A stretch of 37,066 bases of DNA, taken from NCBI GenBank assembly GCA_044336805.1, contig JBIIOS010000003.1, forward strand, positions 1 to 37,066, written 5' to 3'. Below the pieces are notes generated by a model. It saw nothing but the letters and a program-made list of their open reading frames with translations, had not been told where the DNA came from and did not search any database. The translations under genes were made by a program, and so were the position numbers. Below, in pieces: positions 26,801-36,698 of this stretch; within the stretch, counting starts at the first letter, position 1, and every line of letters starts with the position of its first letter. The DNA comes from Candidatus Nanopelagicales bacterium (GTDB lineage: Bacteria > Actinomycetota > Actinomycetes > S36-B12).

Positions 26801-27362
26801 CATGGAGAGCGCGTTGGCACAACTATCGGATCGAAGCATTGCATCCGTTTTGATTGATGAACACCTCGACGGCCAGGTAATTTCACTGGGTGGTTTGGTT
26901 ACCAGCGTCGTCCGAAAAACTACTAAGAAGGGCTCAGCTTGGGCAATTGTCACTTTGGAGGACTTGGAGGGAAGCCTCGAAGTCATGGTTTTCCCAGCTT
27001 CATATGCATCCTTTGGAACCCTCTTGGTAGATGACTCGATTTTGGTTATTCGCACTAAAATTGATCGAAGTGATGATGAGGGAGTCCGTGCCATTGCACT
27101 TGAAGTAACCGCTCCGGATCTCTCGGGTGCCCCAACAGGTCCGGTTCGATTAACTATGTCAGCTACCCGTTGTGTTCCGCCACTTGTCGCTCGCCTAAAA
27201 AACATTCTGGCGCAGCACCCGGGAACCACAGAAGTGCAATTGCACTTAACCGGTGGTACCTCAACAACGGTCATGAAGCTTGACGATGTCTACCGAGTGA
27301 CGCCTTCCCCCTCGCTTTTTGGCGACCTCAAGGCACTATTGGGCTCGTCATGTCTGATTTAG
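23817..27362 (+). CDS. dnaE: DNA polymerase III alpha subunit DnaE1
   Basis: PHP domain (HLHVH, TDHG, TGC, NDMH), GRGSAAG, MPDIDIDF, KMDFLGL, FNKAH, clamp motif QFDLF, OB fold; no intein-sized insertion. Confidence 0.98.
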   Translation: MSESVGKGDFVHLHVHTEYSMLDGASKLDDLFLAAKEQGMPAIAMTDHGNLYGAYDFWKMGKAYGVKPVIGLEGYYAPQGRFERTPFDFGGGFDEGAPEDPGAGRGKHSYTHMTLWAENTVGMHNLFRLSSLASIEGYYHKPRFDRELLDRYGKGLIGTTGCASGEVNRWLQAGQYKKALATAADYRDIFGVGNFFAEIMDHGLAIERNFMPDLIKISKALDLPLIATNDMHYVHESDADTHDVLLCIGTRTTLDDPKRFKFDARDFYLKSAAQMRDLWSDFPEACDNTLLIAERCDVEFSEGANLMPRADIPPGESEDSWLVKEVEIGLARRYPAGVPDRVRTQAEYELRVISQMGFPGYFLVVADLVQHAKNNGIRVGPGRGSAAGAMVAYALGITDLDPIEHGLLFERFLNPERISMPDIDIDFDERRRSDMIRYATEKYGEERVAQIVTYGSIKAKAAIKDSARVLGLPYSVGDRITKAMPPSVMGKDITLKGAFDPSDSRYSEAAEFRALYASDPEVQTVIDTAKGLEGLKRQPGVHAAGVILCSEPLMDVIPVWKREQDGAIITQFDMGACESLGLLKMDFLGLRNLSVLDDCLENIKRNTGDEVVLETLALDDKMAYELLSRGDTLGVFQLDGGPMRSLLRSMAPDNFEDISAVLALYRPGPMGANAHNDYADRKNGRKPVVPIHPELEGPLSEILGDTYGLIVYQEQVMAIAQQLAGYSLGKADLLRRAMSKKKKEILEQEFVPFSEGMSERGFSDPAINKLWEVLVPFSDYAFNKAHTAGYGLVSYWTAYLKANYPAEYMAALLTSMADDKERSAIYLNECRRMGIKVLPPDVNDSDANYTPRGTDIRFGLTAIRNVGTNVVDSVIATRNKVGRFSDFHDFIAKVDIAVCNRRVVESLVKAGAFDSLGHTRKGLIAVHEQIIDAAVDIKRSEAVGQFDLFGGLEEDSDVSLIERPVIGITEWEKSLLLAHERDMLGLYVSDHPLFGMESALAQLSDRSIASVLIDEHLDGQVISLGGLVTSVVRKTTKKGSAWAIVTLEDLEGSLEVMVFPASYASFGTLLVDDSILVIRTKIDRSDDEGVRAIALEVTAPDLSGAPTGPVRLTMSATRCVPPLVARLKNILAQHPGTTEVQLHLTGGTSTTVMKLDDVYRVTPSPSLFGDLKALLGSSCLI

Positions 27363-27895
27363 TAAACGAGAGCACAGGTGTTACGCATGGGCGAAGGCGT
27401 AAAGCCATTACAGTTTTCATCACGGGAGTAATCGCGGGCGGACTATCGGGCGCTGCTCTGGGTGTCATGTGGTGGGCCTTAGCGCCGCGTGTCTCGGTCG
27501 TAATCACTCCGGACCGGGTTTTTCCTGAAAGTTTTCAACCACAAGAATACTTCGCCGCAAATATTGCATTTGGGGCAATTGGCGCAACGGCCGGTGTATT
27601 GATGGCTATTGGATTGGTGGCCATGCGTCGTGAACATTTGTTGGCATCGCTGGTTGCCGCATTGGCATCTGCGGCTGTCGGTACTTGTGCAATGTGGTGG
27701 GTGGGCTCGCACCTTGGTTTTGTCGACTTAACAAATATTGATACTCCCGATTCAACCGTGGTCGACGCTCCGCTTGAAGTTACATTGCCAGCAATGCTAT
27801 TGATGTGGCCTCTCGGTTCAAGCATAGTTATTCTGGTTATGGCCATTGGCGATTATTTGGCCCAACACAGGCGGCAGTCGAATCACTCCGACTGA
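27350..27895 (+). CDS. Multi-pass membrane protein, possibly DUF2567-like
   Basis: About four hydrophobic segments, WWALAPR motif; overlaps dnaE end; family assignment from memory of similar loci only. Confidence 0.6.
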   Translation: MSDLVNESTGVTHGRRRKAITVFITGVIAGGLSGAALGVMWWALAPRVSVVITPDRVFPESFQPQEYFAANIAFGAIGATAGVLMAIGLVAMRREHLLASLVAALASAAVGTCAMWWVGSHLGFVDLTNIDTPDSTVVDAPLEVTLPAMLLMWPLGSSIVILVMAIGDYLAQHRRQSNHSD

Positions 27896-28353
27896 ATTTC
27901 AGCAGTGGTTGCGCCCAGGACCCTGATTAGGTCAGTCGGTGAAATGCAAATTTCCAGGCCACGGCGGCCCCCACTGACGTATATATTCTCAAATAGGAGT
28001 GCGCTTGTGTCGATCACCGTTGTGAGTGTTTTCTTTTGACCGAATGGACTGATGCCACCGACCACGTAACCGGTGAGGCGTTGGGCAAGGGCCGCATCCA
28101 TCGGTTCAAGTGAGCGCAGGCCGGCTGCAGCGGCGAGCTTTTTCGTGCTAATTTTTCGTGAAACTGGGGCAATGCCAACGACAGCAATGTTCTTGTCTCC
28201 AAAAATTATGGTCTTGAAAACTTGATTTTCATCAAGATTCATACTGTTGGCTGCCTCTTTGCCAAACCCTGATCCGGCAACACTGTCATATTTGTGAAGT
28301 GTGTACGAGATACCGAATGAGTCAAGTGCGAGTGCTGCAGGAGTGATTGCCAC
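27883..28353 (-). CDS. ybaK: Cys-tRNA(Pro) deacylase YbaK/EbsC family
   Basis: TPA N-terminus, VFKT (catalytic Lys), TGYVVGGISPFG, SGGRRG; GTG 28353 preferred because TACAAT lies 7 nt upstream (leaderless). Confidence 0.92.
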   Translation of the reverse strand: MAITPAALALDSFGISYTLHKYDSVAGSGFGKEAANSMNLDENQVFKTIIFGDKNIAVVGIAPVSRKISTKKLAAAAGLRSLEPMDAALAQRLTGYVVGGISPFGQKKTLTTVIDTSALLFENIYVSGGRRGLEICISPTDLIRVLGATTAEIQSE

Positions 28354-28374
28354 GGCCCACATTGTAAATGCATG

Positions 28375-29055
28375 TCAATTGAGGGATACATTTCCTTGTA
28401 CTAAATCGATAGCTGGCAGCGCGCCAAGTTGAGTTATGAGCCCCGTTTCGCGCTGAAGAAGCGCCCTAATCATTGTGAGACGGCTAGGTGTGTCCTGGGC
28501 TGCTAGCAGTTCCTGTCGCTCGGCCGTGGGCAGGAGAATGGCAGCGGTCAGTAGAAATGAAACAACTGTTGGATCCGCGGGAAAATCTTCAAACAGGGAA
28601 AAGTCACTATCGAATTCCCCTGAAAGTGCAATGCGATAGCCCGAAAAATCTTGGAGAGTTTTCTGGGTAAGCCGCGTGAGTTGCTCTGTTTGCTCAGGTT
28701 GAGGTTCGGGCAACCATTCCACCTCAGCACGCAAAAGTGGGGCGCTGGTATCCAATGAAGTAATCCGAAATCGACGAGAGCCGGTGGTGACAACATCGTA
28801 TCGACCATCTTCATGGACATTTGCCTCACGGAGAATTGTTGAAGTGCCTACCGGGTGCAAGGCGGCAATGCCATTTGATGAAATATCGTGCCCGTCGCGT
28901 ACAGCCACAATTCCAAATTCGCGCTCCTCTTCATCGGGAATTTCCAGCAATTCTTGGACCATCAACCGATAGCGGGGTTCGAAAATGTGTAGTGGGAGAA
29001 CCAAACCCGGCACCAGAATCGTGTTCAGTGGAAAGAGCGGGATATGGGAACTCAC
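28375..29055 (-). CDS. Stand-alone LON peptidase N-terminal substrate-binding domain protein
   Basis: [29 protein letters not shown]; no AAA+ or protease domain. Confidence 0.9.
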   Translation of the reverse strand: MSSHIPLFPLNTILVPGLVLPLHIFEPRYRLMVQELLEIPDEEEREFGIVAVRDGHDISSNGIAALHPVGTSTILREANVHEDGRYDVVTTGSRRFRITSLDTSAPLLRAEVEWLPEPQPEQTEQLTRLTQKTLQDFSGYRIALSGEFDSDFSLFEDFPADPTVVSFLLTAAILLPTAERQELLAAQDTPSRLTMIRALLQRETGLITQLGALPAIDLVQGNVSLN

Positions 29056-29078
29056 CGGTACAGACTAAACTGACTTAC
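29056..29078. promoter_or_regulatory. Bidirectional promoter for two leaderless divergent genes
   Basis: AGACTAAACT (29062-29071): plus-strand TAAACT 7 nt before hisD ATG; minus-strand TAGTCT 6 nt before LON-domain GTG. Confidence 0.65.
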
Positions 29079-30392
29079 ATGATCCGGCTCATCGATCTTC
29101 GCGAGAATCCTTTTGTTGGCGATTCTGTGAAAAACATGGTGCCTCGAGCCGCAACTAATGTCGATGACGCAACGGAAATAATCGCCCCAATCTTGAGAGA
29201 TGTCCGCGAAAATGGTGCAGAAGCTGTTGCGCTGTGGTCACAGACACTTGACGGCACCACGCCGCCTTCCCTAAGGGTTCCGGCCGCAGAGTTGGAAAAG
29301 GCTGCAGCAAACCTTGATCCGGCTGTCCGCAAGGCATTGCTGGAATCCATTCGTCGGGCACGAATTGTGCACTCGGACCAAGTTCGCGGCGAAACCGTCA
29401 CTGAAGTCGTTGAGGGTGGAACGGTAACCGAGCGCTGGATTCCGGTGGATCGCGTGGGGCTTTACGTTCCTGGTGGACAGGCTGTTTATCCCAGTAGTGT
29501 CGTCATGAATGTTGTCCCGGCCCAAATAGCTGGGGTGAGATCTATTGCCGTTGTCTCTCCACCGCAGAAAGACTGGGGTGGTTGGCCACATCCGGTCATT
29601 ATGGCTGCCGCTCACCTTTTGGGGATCGACGAAGTTTACGCAGTTGGCGGCGCGCAAGCTATTGCCATGTTGGCCTACGGGGTGCAACTGCCCGAGGGTG
29701 AATGTAAACCGGTTGATCTGGTGACGGGTCCGGGAAACATCTATGTGACAGCGGCTAAGCGCGCTTTGCGCGGGATCATCGGTATTGATTCTGAAGCGGG
29801 ACCAACCGAGATCTTGATTTTGGCAGATCACAGTGCTGACCCCATTCACGTTGCCGCAGACTTGATTAGTCAAGCTGAACATGACGAACTCGCGGCCGCG
29901 GTCTTAGTGACAGACAGTGAGGAATTGGCTCACGCGGTTGAGGAATCCTTAGCACTACAGGTCCCTATGACCAAGCACTCGGAGCGCATTGAGACCGCGC
30001 TCCGAGGAGTTCAGAGCGCCATTGTCCTGGTTGCTGATCTTGAGCAAGGTTTGGCCGTTGTCGATGCCTATGCCGCTGAGCATTTGGAAATTCATGTCGA
30101 GAATTCACGAGAAGTTGCTCGCAGGGTTAAGCATGCGGGGGCAATTTTTGTAGGAACCTACGCTCCCGTTTCACTCGGTGACTACTGCGCAGGATCCAAC
30201 CATGTTTTGCCGACAGCCGGATCGGCGAAACACTCTTCGGGTTTATCGGTTCAGACTTTTCTGCGGGGAATACACATTATTGAATATTCACAGCAAGCCT
30301 TGGTTGAGGTTGCCCCGCACGTTCTCGCGCTTTCGAGTGCCGAGGATTTGCCGGCACATGGGCAGGCGATCTCGGTTCGGATGCAACAGTGA
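29079..30392 (+). CDS. hisD: Histidinol dehydrogenase
   Basis: [43 protein letters not shown]; true start ATG 29079 (track start 28821 overlaps the opposite gene). Confidence 0.96.
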   Translation: MIRLIDLRENPFVGDSVKNMVPRAATNVDDATEIIAPILRDVRENGAEAVALWSQTLDGTTPPSLRVPAAELEKAAANLDPAVRKALLESIRRARIVHSDQVRGETVTEVVEGGTVTERWIPVDRVGLYVPGGQAVYPSSVVMNVVPAQIAGVRSIAVVSPPQKDWGGWPHPVIMAAAHLLGIDEVYAVGGAQAIAMLAYGVQLPEGECKPVDLVTGPGNIYVTAAKRALRGIIGIDSEAGPTEILILADHSADPIHVAADLISQAEHDELAAAVLVTDSEELAHAVEESLALQVPMTKHSERIETALRGVQSAIVLVADLEQGLAVVDAYAAEHLEIHVENSREVARRVKHAGAIFVGTYAPVSLGDYCAGSNHVLPTAGSAKHSSGLSVQTFLRGIHIIEYSQQALVEVAPHVLALSSAEDLPAHGQAISVRMQQ

Positions 30393-31483
30393 CCGGATTT
30401 GATTTACCGTTACGCAAGGACCTCATTGGCCAAACACCTTATGGTGCACCCGAAGATACTGTTCCTGTTCGGCTCAATGTCAACGAGAATCCATACCCAC
30501 CCAGTGAGAAAATGATTGCGGCGATTTCACAGGCTGTCGCTGTGGCGGCGAGCGATATAAACAGATACCCCGACCGTGACGCAGTTAACTTGCGTGCAGC
30601 GTTGGCGATTTACCTGGATGTCGAATCCGGAGTAAAAGTTAATGTTGAGCGGATCTGGGCGGCTAATGGGTCAAACGAAATTATGGCGCAACTATTTGGC
30701 GCATTTGGGGGCCCTGGGACGAAAGCCTTGACATTTGACCCCACCTATTCAATGTACCCGGAATACGCCCGTGATTCATTTACCGAATTGATATCGATTC
30801 GACGGAGAAAGGATTTCACTATCGACCTTGCCGCAGCAATCGAAGCTGTAGCTGTGCACAATCCGAATTTGATAATCCTCACTTCACCCAATAACCCGAC
30901 AGGTACATCAATCTCATTGGCTGAAATCGAAGAGATTTGTCAAGCAGCTCAAGCAAGCGGAGCCCTGGTTGTGGTTGACGAGGCGTACGCAGAATTTCGG
31001 AGCGATAGAGGGGCAACTGCCCTGACCTTGCTTGATTCGTATCCCAACATAGTCGTTTCACGAACCATGAGCAAAGCATTTGGCTATGCGGGCGGGCGCC
31101 TCGGATATTGCGCCACAAGTACCGGTGAGATTGTTCAGGCTCTTAAATTGGTACGTTTGCCGTATCACCTATCAGCCATCTCCCAGGCGGCGGCGATTGC
31201 GGCATTGAGTTTTGCGAGCGAGTCACTTGATCGCGTGGCGCAAATCACTGATGCGCGAATTCAAATGGCGGCTGAGCTTGCCGACATAGGCCTTCTTGTC
31301 GCTCACAGTGACGCAAACTTTCTGTTCTTTGGTGAGTTCGCTGATCGACATGCGATTTGGAGAGGACTTTTTGAACAAGGCATTCTTATCCGGGAAACCG
31401 GCCCTTCGGGTTGGTTGCGAGTGAGCATCGGAACCGCTAGTGAGAACGAGTTATTTCTCAACGCCTTAAAAGCGTTAGTCTGA
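30389..31483 (+). CDS. hisC: Histidinol-phosphate aminotransferase
   Basis: NENPY, NRYPD, NGSNE, SPNNPTG, DEAY, RTMSKA..GRLGY. Confidence 0.96.
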   Translation: MTGFDLPLRKDLIGQTPYGAPEDTVPVRLNVNENPYPPSEKMIAAISQAVAVAASDINRYPDRDAVNLRAALAIYLDVESGVKVNVERIWAANGSNEIMAQLFGAFGGPGTKALTFDPTYSMYPEYARDSFTELISIRRRKDFTIDLAAAIEAVAVHNPNLIILTSPNNPTGTSISLAEIEEICQAAQASGALVVVDEAYAEFRSDRGATALTLLDSYPNIVVSRTMSKAFGYAGGRLGYCATSTGEIVQALKLVRLPYHLSAISQAAAIAALSFASESLDRVAQITDARIQMAAELADIGLLVAHSDANFLFFGEFADRHAIWRGLFEQGILIRETGPSGWLRVSIGTASENELFLNALKALV

Positions 31484-31499
31484 GTACAGGAGGAAAGAT

Positions 31500-32099
31500 A
31501 TGACCAGAATGGCACGGATCGAACGCGAGACTAAGGAAAGCAGCGTGCTCGTTGATCTCTCACTCGATGGCACGGGGCAGAGCACCATTGAGACAGGTGT
31601 TCCTTTTTTTGACCACATGCTTGCGCAATTGGCAAAACATGGTGGATTTGATTTAGTGGTGAATACTCGAGGCGACCTGCATGTTGACGCACACCATACG
31701 GTCGAGGATACGAGTTTGGCACTGGGACAGGCAATAAATCAGGCATTAGGGGATCGAGCCGGATTGACTCGTTACGGAGACGCCCTGGTTCCACTAGATG
31801 AATGTCTGGTGCAGAGTGCGGTTGACCTTTCGGGTCGTCCATATTTGGTGCACACTGAACCTGAGTTGGTTGAACTCATTGGGGCTTACGATACGACGTT
31901 AACTCGCCATATCTGGGAATCAATTGTTGCTACATCGCAAATCACTCTGCATGTCAATGTGCTATCGGGGCGTAATGCTCACCATGTTGTTGAAGCGCAA
32001 TTCAAAAGTGTCGCCCGTTCACTACGTACCGCGGTGGCGAGGGACCCGCGCGTGGTCGGAGTGCCTTCGACTAAAGGCACACTCACTGCATCGCAGTAA
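31500..32099 (+). CDS. hisB: Imidazoleglycerol-phosphate dehydratase (monofunctional)
   Basis: RETKE, FFDHML, DAHHTVED, NAHHVVEAQFK, PSTKG. Confidence 0.97.
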   Translation: MTRMARIERETKESSVLVDLSLDGTGQSTIETGVPFFDHMLAQLAKHGGFDLVVNTRGDLHVDAHHTVEDTSLALGQAINQALGDRAGLTRYGDALVPLDECLVQSAVDLSGRPYLVHTEPELVELIGAYDTTLTRHIWESIVATSQITLHVNVLSGRNAHHVVEAQFKSVARSLRTAVARDPRVVGVPSTKGTLTASQ

Positions 32100-32113
32100 G
32101 GCAAACATAATTC

Positions 32114-32749
32114 ATGTCACCCACTGTTGCAGTTCTTGACTACGGCTTCGGAAATGTTCGTTCGGCGCTCCGCGCGGCTGAGTATGTTGGAGCCACGGCA
32201 ATTCTGAGTTCTGATTTTGACACCTGTCTAAACGCAGATGGTTTGATCATTCCTGGGGTGGGAGCGTACGCAGCTTGTATGCAGGGAATCGATCTGGTGC
32301 GTGGTGGCGCACTCATTGACGCGCGAATGGTGGCTAGTCGTCCGGTCTTGGGTATTTGTGTGGGCATGCAGATCATGTTTGATCAGGGGATTGAGCATGG
32401 AATTACGACTCGAGGGCTGGGCCAATGGCCGGGTACGGTTGATCAGCTAGTCGCCCCGATCGTCCCGCACATGGGGTGGAACAGCGTTGTGCCGCCAACT
32501 TCGTCATCCTTGTTTGCTGGGGTGGAGTCCGAATTGTTTTATTTCGTTCACTCCTATGCAGTTCAAGAATGGGTCATGACTGATTCAGATCCGTATCAAC
32601 ACCCACCCACGGTGACTTGGAGTGATTACGGGGCGCCATTCATCGCAGCCGTTGAAAATGGTCCACTTTCGGCAGTTCAATTTCACCCAGAAAAGAGTGG
32701 TGAGGCGGGACTCACGCTGATCAACAACTGGGTCGGCACCCTCACCTAG
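32114..32749 (+). CDS. hisH: IGP synthase glutaminase subunit
   Basis: DYGFGN, PGVG, GICVGMQ, PHMGWN, FVHSY, QFHPEKS. Confidence 0.97.
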   Translation: MSPTVAVLDYGFGNVRSALRAAEYVGATAILSSDFDTCLNADGLIIPGVGAYAACMQGIDLVRGGALIDARMVASRPVLGICVGMQIMFDQGIEHGITTRGLGQWPGTVDQLVAPIVPHMGWNSVVPPTSSSLFAGVESELFYFVHSYAVQEWVMTDSDPYQHPPTVTWSDYGAPFIAAVENGPLSAVQFHPEKSGEAGLTLINNWVGTLT

Positions 32750-32752
32750 ACT
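32747..32752 (+). promoter_or_regulatory. Internal -10 for leaderless priA, containing the hisH stop codon
   Basis: TAGACT (TAG = hisH stop) 6 nt before ATG 32759; no SD. Confidence 0.55.
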
Positions 32753-32758
32753 GCACCC

Positions 32759-33517
32759 ATGAAATTCACTCTTTTACCCGCCGTCGACGTCAAAGATGGA
32801 AAAGCTGTTCGCCTTGTCCAAGGAAAGGCCGAAAGTGAAACTGTTTATGGATCGCCGCTCGATGCCGCCCAAGCGTGGGTGAATCAGGGCGCAGAATGGA
32901 TCCATTTAGTTGACCTTGATGCTGCATTTGGCACCGGAAACAACTCAACCCTCATTGCCCATGTTGTCGAAAGAATCGGTCGAGAAGTCAAGGTTGAACT
33001 CTCAGGCGGAATTAGAAATGATGAGAGCTTGAAAGCGGCACTTGCTACCGGCTGCGCGCGTGTGAATTTGGGAACAGCGGCACTGGAAGATCCCGATTGG
33101 ACCGAAACGGTGATAGCCAAGTATGGGGATCGAATTGCAGTAGGACTTGATGTGAAAGGGCACACGTTGGCGGCCCGTGGGTGGACAACCGAGGGTGGAG
33201 ACTTGTGGGAGGCAATTGGCCGGCTCGATGCCGCCGGCTGTACCCGATATGTCGTCACCGATGTTGAAAAAGACGGCATGATGCATGGACCCAATTTTCA
33301 CCTGTTGAAGCAGGTCACGGAGGCAACCCGGTCTCGAGTAATCGCATCAGGTGGAATCCATAGGTTAGAGGATCTCCACAAACTTGCCGAGATGAAAGGG
33401 ATTGAAGGTGCGATTGTTGGTAAGGCACTTTACGAGCAGGCCTTCAGTCTTCCTGAAGCACTCGTCGCGGTTGAAGGTCGCTACGACCCCTACCAGTGGG
33501 GACCGCCACAGCCGTGA
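32759..33517 (+). CDS. priA: Bifunctional phosphoribosyl isomerase PriA (HisA/TrpF)
   Basis: [24 protein letters not shown] (SGG rather than HisA GGG), ARGW, ASGG. Confidence 0.9.
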   Translation: MKFTLLPAVDVKDGKAVRLVQGKAESETVYGSPLDAAQAWVNQGAEWIHLVDLDAAFGTGNNSTLIAHVVERIGREVKVELSGGIRNDESLKAALATGCARVNLGTAALEDPDWTETVIAKYGDRIAVGLDVKGHTLAARGWTTEGGDLWEAIGRLDAAGCTRYVVTDVEKDGMMHGPNFHLLKQVTEATRSRVIASGGIHRLEDLHKLAEMKGIEGAIVGKALYEQAFSLPEALVAVEGRYDPYQWGPPQP

Positions 33518-34296
33518 CACTCGCTGCCCGAGTAATTGCATGTCTTGATGTTGATGCCGGCCGGGTCGTTAAGGGTGTGAATTTTGTTGACCTCATTGAT
33601 GCAGGTGACCCAATCGAGTTGGCATCGATGTATGGGGCGGCCGGAATTGATGAACTTGTGTTTCTTGACATTACTGCGTCAAGTTCAGATCGTGAGACCA
33701 CACTGGAATTAGTCCGTCGGAGCGCCGACCAAGTTTTCATCCCGGTCACCGTGGGTGGAGGGATCCGCAGCATTGAAGACATTGATGCCCTTTTGCGAGC
33801 AGGTGCTGACAAGGTCTCAATTAACACCGCGGCAATTGCTCGCCCGGAACTTTTGCGCGAAGCTGCACAGCGGTTCGGCTCCCAATGCATTGTGCTTTCA
33901 TTGGATGCGCGTCGAGAATTTGGTCAACCAAGTGGCTTTGGAGTGACCACACACGGCGGCAGAGAATCCGCCGACCTCGATGCCGTTCAGTGGGCGCAGA
34001 GTGCGGCCGATTTCGGAGTGGGTGAGATCTTGCTCAACTCAATGGATGCCGACGGCACCAAAGCAGGATTCGACCTAGAACTCATCAGGGTGGTTCGTGA
34101 AGCCGTAAATATTCCGATTATTGCCAGCGGGGGAGCAGGTGTTCCCAGTGATTTTGTCGCGGCAATTAATGCGGGCGCGCAAGCCGTATTGGCTGCAAGC
34201 ATCTTTCATTTTGGTGAGGTATCCATTGCTCAGGTGAAAGGTGCACTAAAGGCTGATTCCATCCCAGTTCGTGAACCAACTAGGTTGGTGTCATGA
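33514..34296 (+). CDS. hisF: IGP synthase cyclase subunit
   Basis: [46 protein letters not shown]; GTG 33514 overlaps priA stop. Confidence 0.97.
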   Translation: MTLAARVIACLDVDAGRVVKGVNFVDLIDAGDPIELASMYGAAGIDELVFLDITASSSDRETTLELVRRSADQVFIPVTVGGGIRSIEDIDALLRAGADKVSINTAAIARPELLREAAQRFGSQCIVLSLDARREFGQPSGFGVTTHGGRESADLDAVQWAQSAADFGVGEILLNSMDADGTKAGFDLELIRVVREAVNIPIIASGGAGVPSDFVAAINAGAQAVLAASIFHFGEVSIAQVKGALKADSIPVREPTRLVS

Positions 34297-34631
34297 ACGC
34301 GGTCGGGGAGTTCATTGCTCGGATTAGATTCAATGAAGATGGCCTGGTGCCCGTGATTACTCAGGACTCGGTAAGCAAGGAAGTTCTCATGATGGCTTGG
34401 ATGAATGCGGAAGCGGTGCAGTTAACCATTGACACTGGACTGGGTACCTATTTCTCTCGTAGTAGAAATAGAATCTGGATTAAGGGCGAAGAATCAGGAA
34501 ACAGCCAATTAGTGCGGAGCCTGCGAGCAGACTGTGACGGGGACACGCTTCTCATGGTTGTTGATCAAAGTGGGCCAGCTTGTCACACTGGTAATCCGAC
34601 CTGTTTTTTTGATCAAGGAATAAATACGTGA
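34293..34631 (+). CDS. hisI: Phosphoribosyl-AMP cyclohydrolase (stand-alone)
   Basis: FSRSR..W.KGE.SG, DCDGD, ACHTG..TCF. Confidence 0.96.
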   Translation: MNAVGEFIARIRFNEDGLVPVITQDSVSKEVLMMAWMNAEAVQLTIDTGLGTYFSRSRNRIWIKGEESGNSQLVRSLRADCDGDTLLMVVDQSGPACHTGNPTCFFDQGINT

Positions 34632-36172
34632 ATAAGAAAAACACGGACACGCCCGATTTTGCTAATTTTCAGGAGTTGGCCCGTGTCCAAAGAGTTGTGC
34701 CAGTTTCTCGAACGCTCCTCGTCGACCATCTCAGTGCAATTGGCCTTTTCTACGCCTTATGCGGGGATCGTGCTGGAACATTTCTACTTGAGTCGGCCGA
34801 AGCTGGCGTGCAATGGTCACGTTATTCATTCATCGGGGTAAACAGCGCCTCGATGCTCTCAGAATCGCAGGGCAAAGCGGTGTGGAGCGGCCGCGTTCCT
34901 GAAGGTTTACCGGAGAGTGGTTTAGCCCTTGAAGTACTCGAAGCCACCCTCGCCCAATTGCGTACGCAAAGGTCAAAGACTTCAGAGACCGGAGACTTCC
35001 CCTTTACCGGAGGGCTGGTCGGGTACATGGCCTATGACATTGTGCGCAATTGGGAAGAAATCGGTGATTCGACAACCGACTCACTAAAAATCCCAAACCT
35101 CAGTTTCTTGTTGGCCTCCGACATCGCAGTCGTGGATCACCTTGAAGGTGACGTGACGTTAATTGCAAACGCAATAAATTTTGATAATTCTGCTGAGCGT
35201 GTCGAGCAAGCTTATGAGGCGGCTATTGCCCGCCTTGACCAAATGCAAGAATCAATTACCCACATTTTGCCAACCGGAGCCCAGGTAACGCCCGCACTCG
35301 ATACTGAATTGGTTTTACCACCGCGAGTTACAAGCGAGGAAACGTATTTAAAGAACATTGACACGATCAAGGAATACATTCGCGCGGGTGACGCCTTTCA
35401 GGTCGTTCTATCCCAGCGATTTAGCGTTCCAACGCAGGCAAACGCTCTGAGTATTTATCGGATCTTAAGGTCGACCAACCCAAGTCCATACATGTATCTG
35501 GTTCGAGTTCCTGATCCGCATGATTTCAATCGTGTGGCTTTTGAAATTATCGGTTCATCGCCGGAGGCGTTGGTTACCGTACGTGAACGCAATGCGGTCG
35601 TGCATCCGATCGCGGGGACTCGCTGGCGAAGCAAAGACCCTGAGCGTGATCGTCTCTTGGCTCAGGATTTACTGGAGGATAAGAAAGAACGCGCGGAGCA
35701 CCTCATGCTGGTTGACCTAGCACGTAATGATCTTGGTCGGGTCTGCACTCCGGGCAGTGTCAATGTCATTGACTTCATGCATGTTGAACGTTATTCGCAT
35801 GTAATGCACTTAGTGTCGACCGTGACTGGCGAACTAAATACTAATGAGGATGCGTTTACTGCGCTGAGGGCAACTTTCCCAGCAGGCACACTTTCTGGTG
35901 CACCCAAGCCGCGCGCCATGCAAATCATTGAGGAAATGGAATCAGAAAGGCGTGGGCTTTACGGTGGTTGCATCGGATACTTTGACTTCGCGGGGAATAT
36001 GGACATGGCAATCGCCATTCGAACTGCTCTTTTGAAAGATGGAATCGCTCATATTCAAGCTGGCGGAGGTATTGTGGCCGATTCAGTTCCCGAGAGTGAA
36101 AATAATGAATGCGTTAACAAGGCAATGGCCATTATTCGTGCTGTTGCCTTGGCTGAGCAACTTGAAGGTTAA
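34628..36172 (+). CDS. trpE: Anthranilate synthase component I
   Basis: FLLESAE, FQVVLSQR, NPSPYM, GSSPE, PIAGT, EHLMLVDLARND, FPAGTLSGAPK, AGGGIV. Confidence 0.96.
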   Translation: MNKKNTDTPDFANFQELARVQRVVPVSRTLLVDHLSAIGLFYALCGDRAGTFLLESAEAGVQWSRYSFIGVNSASMLSESQGKAVWSGRVPEGLPESGLALEVLEATLAQLRTQRSKTSETGDFPFTGGLVGYMAYDIVRNWEEIGDSTTDSLKIPNLSFLLASDIAVVDHLEGDVTLIANAINFDNSAERVEQAYEAAIARLDQMQESITHILPTGAQVTPALDTELVLPPRVTSEETYLKNIDTIKEYIRAGDAFQVVLSQRFSVPTQANALSIYRILRSTNPSPYMYLVRVPDPHDFNRVAFEIIGSSPEALVTVRERNAVVHPIAGTRWRSKDPERDRLLAQDLLEDKKERAEHLMLVDLARNDLGRVCTPGSVNVIDFMHVERYSHVMHLVSTVTGELNTNEDAFTALRATFPAGTLSGAPKPRAMQIIEEMESERRGLYGGCIGYFDFAGNMDMAIAIRTALLKDGIAHIQAGGGIVADSVPESENNECVNKAMAIIRAVALAEQLEG

Positions 36173-36180
36173 TCGAAAGT

Positions 36181-36690
36181 GTGGGTGACATGTCGCCAGG
36201 GCGAAAATACCTTCTCACAATAGCTCTACAGTCGATCCTGGCCGGGGTTCTGTTGTGGGTTGGGGGGCTTATCTGGGGGTCGATCCCAAGTGACTTGGTT
36301 TCACAGGATCTTGTTGGAACAGATCTTGACTCACTTATTTTTGCTGTTTGGGCGGTTTCTTTAGCGGTGGTGATTGGCGTCTTGGCAACCCGAACGTGGG
36401 GGCGAAGGATATTAGGAACCATGGGCGCCGTCGTTGCTGCGGCAGGCGTTTATTCCTTAATCATTCTCGATAAGGAAGGACTCAATGCGCTTTGGGTTTT
36501 TGCGATTGTGCTCAGCTCAGGACTGATGATCACGAATCTTCTTATCGTTTTCACGTCCAAAAATTGGCCGACTTTGAGTGGAAGATATTCTCGCTCGGTC
36601 GCACCGGAGCAAGACGCTTGGACGCTACTTGATGCAGGCGTTGATCCAACCATCGAGTCAGATCCCGATCAGCCACGATCACGTGATTAA
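36181..36690 (+). CDS. Trp biosynthesis-associated membrane protein (Trp_oprn_chp-like)
   Basis: Several TMs, WP.LS.RY and C-terminal W..LD.G.DPT motif; follows trpE; start may be ATG 36190. Confidence 0.8.
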   Translation: MGDMSPGRKYLLTIALQSILAGVLLWVGGLIWGSIPSDLVSQDLVGTDLDSLIFAVWAVSLAVVIGVLATRTWGRRILGTMGAVVAAAGVYSLIILDKEGLNALWVFAIVLSSGLMITNLLIVFTSKNWPTLSGRYSRSVAPEQDAWTLLDAGVDPTIESDPDQPRSRD

Positions 36691-36698
36691 ATACATCC

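Noticed and set aside
26477-27274. 265-aa antisense ORF in dnaE, and similar ones opposite ftsZ, hisD and other genes
   Set aside because: Shadow frames of conserved genes, with no motifs or start signals.
23817-27362. Possible intein or split in dnaE
   Set aside because: 1181 aa is normal, core motifs are contiguous and no splice-junction signatures were seen.
28361-28378. TTGACA close to TACAAT upstream of ybaK as a consensus -35/-10 pair
   Set aside because: Spacer is only 6 nt; only the -10 is retained as evidence.
28821-29078. Apparent 86-aa N-terminal extension of HisD
   Set aside because: Overlaps the opposite-strand LON-domain gene; HisD-like sequence and a leaderless promoter point to ATG 29079.
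24655-35005. Other CTTCCCC words (~24659 and ~27304 in dnaE, ~34996 in trpE)
   Set aside because: Inside coding sequence (DFPE, TPSPS, FPFTGG) and without convincing enclosing stems.
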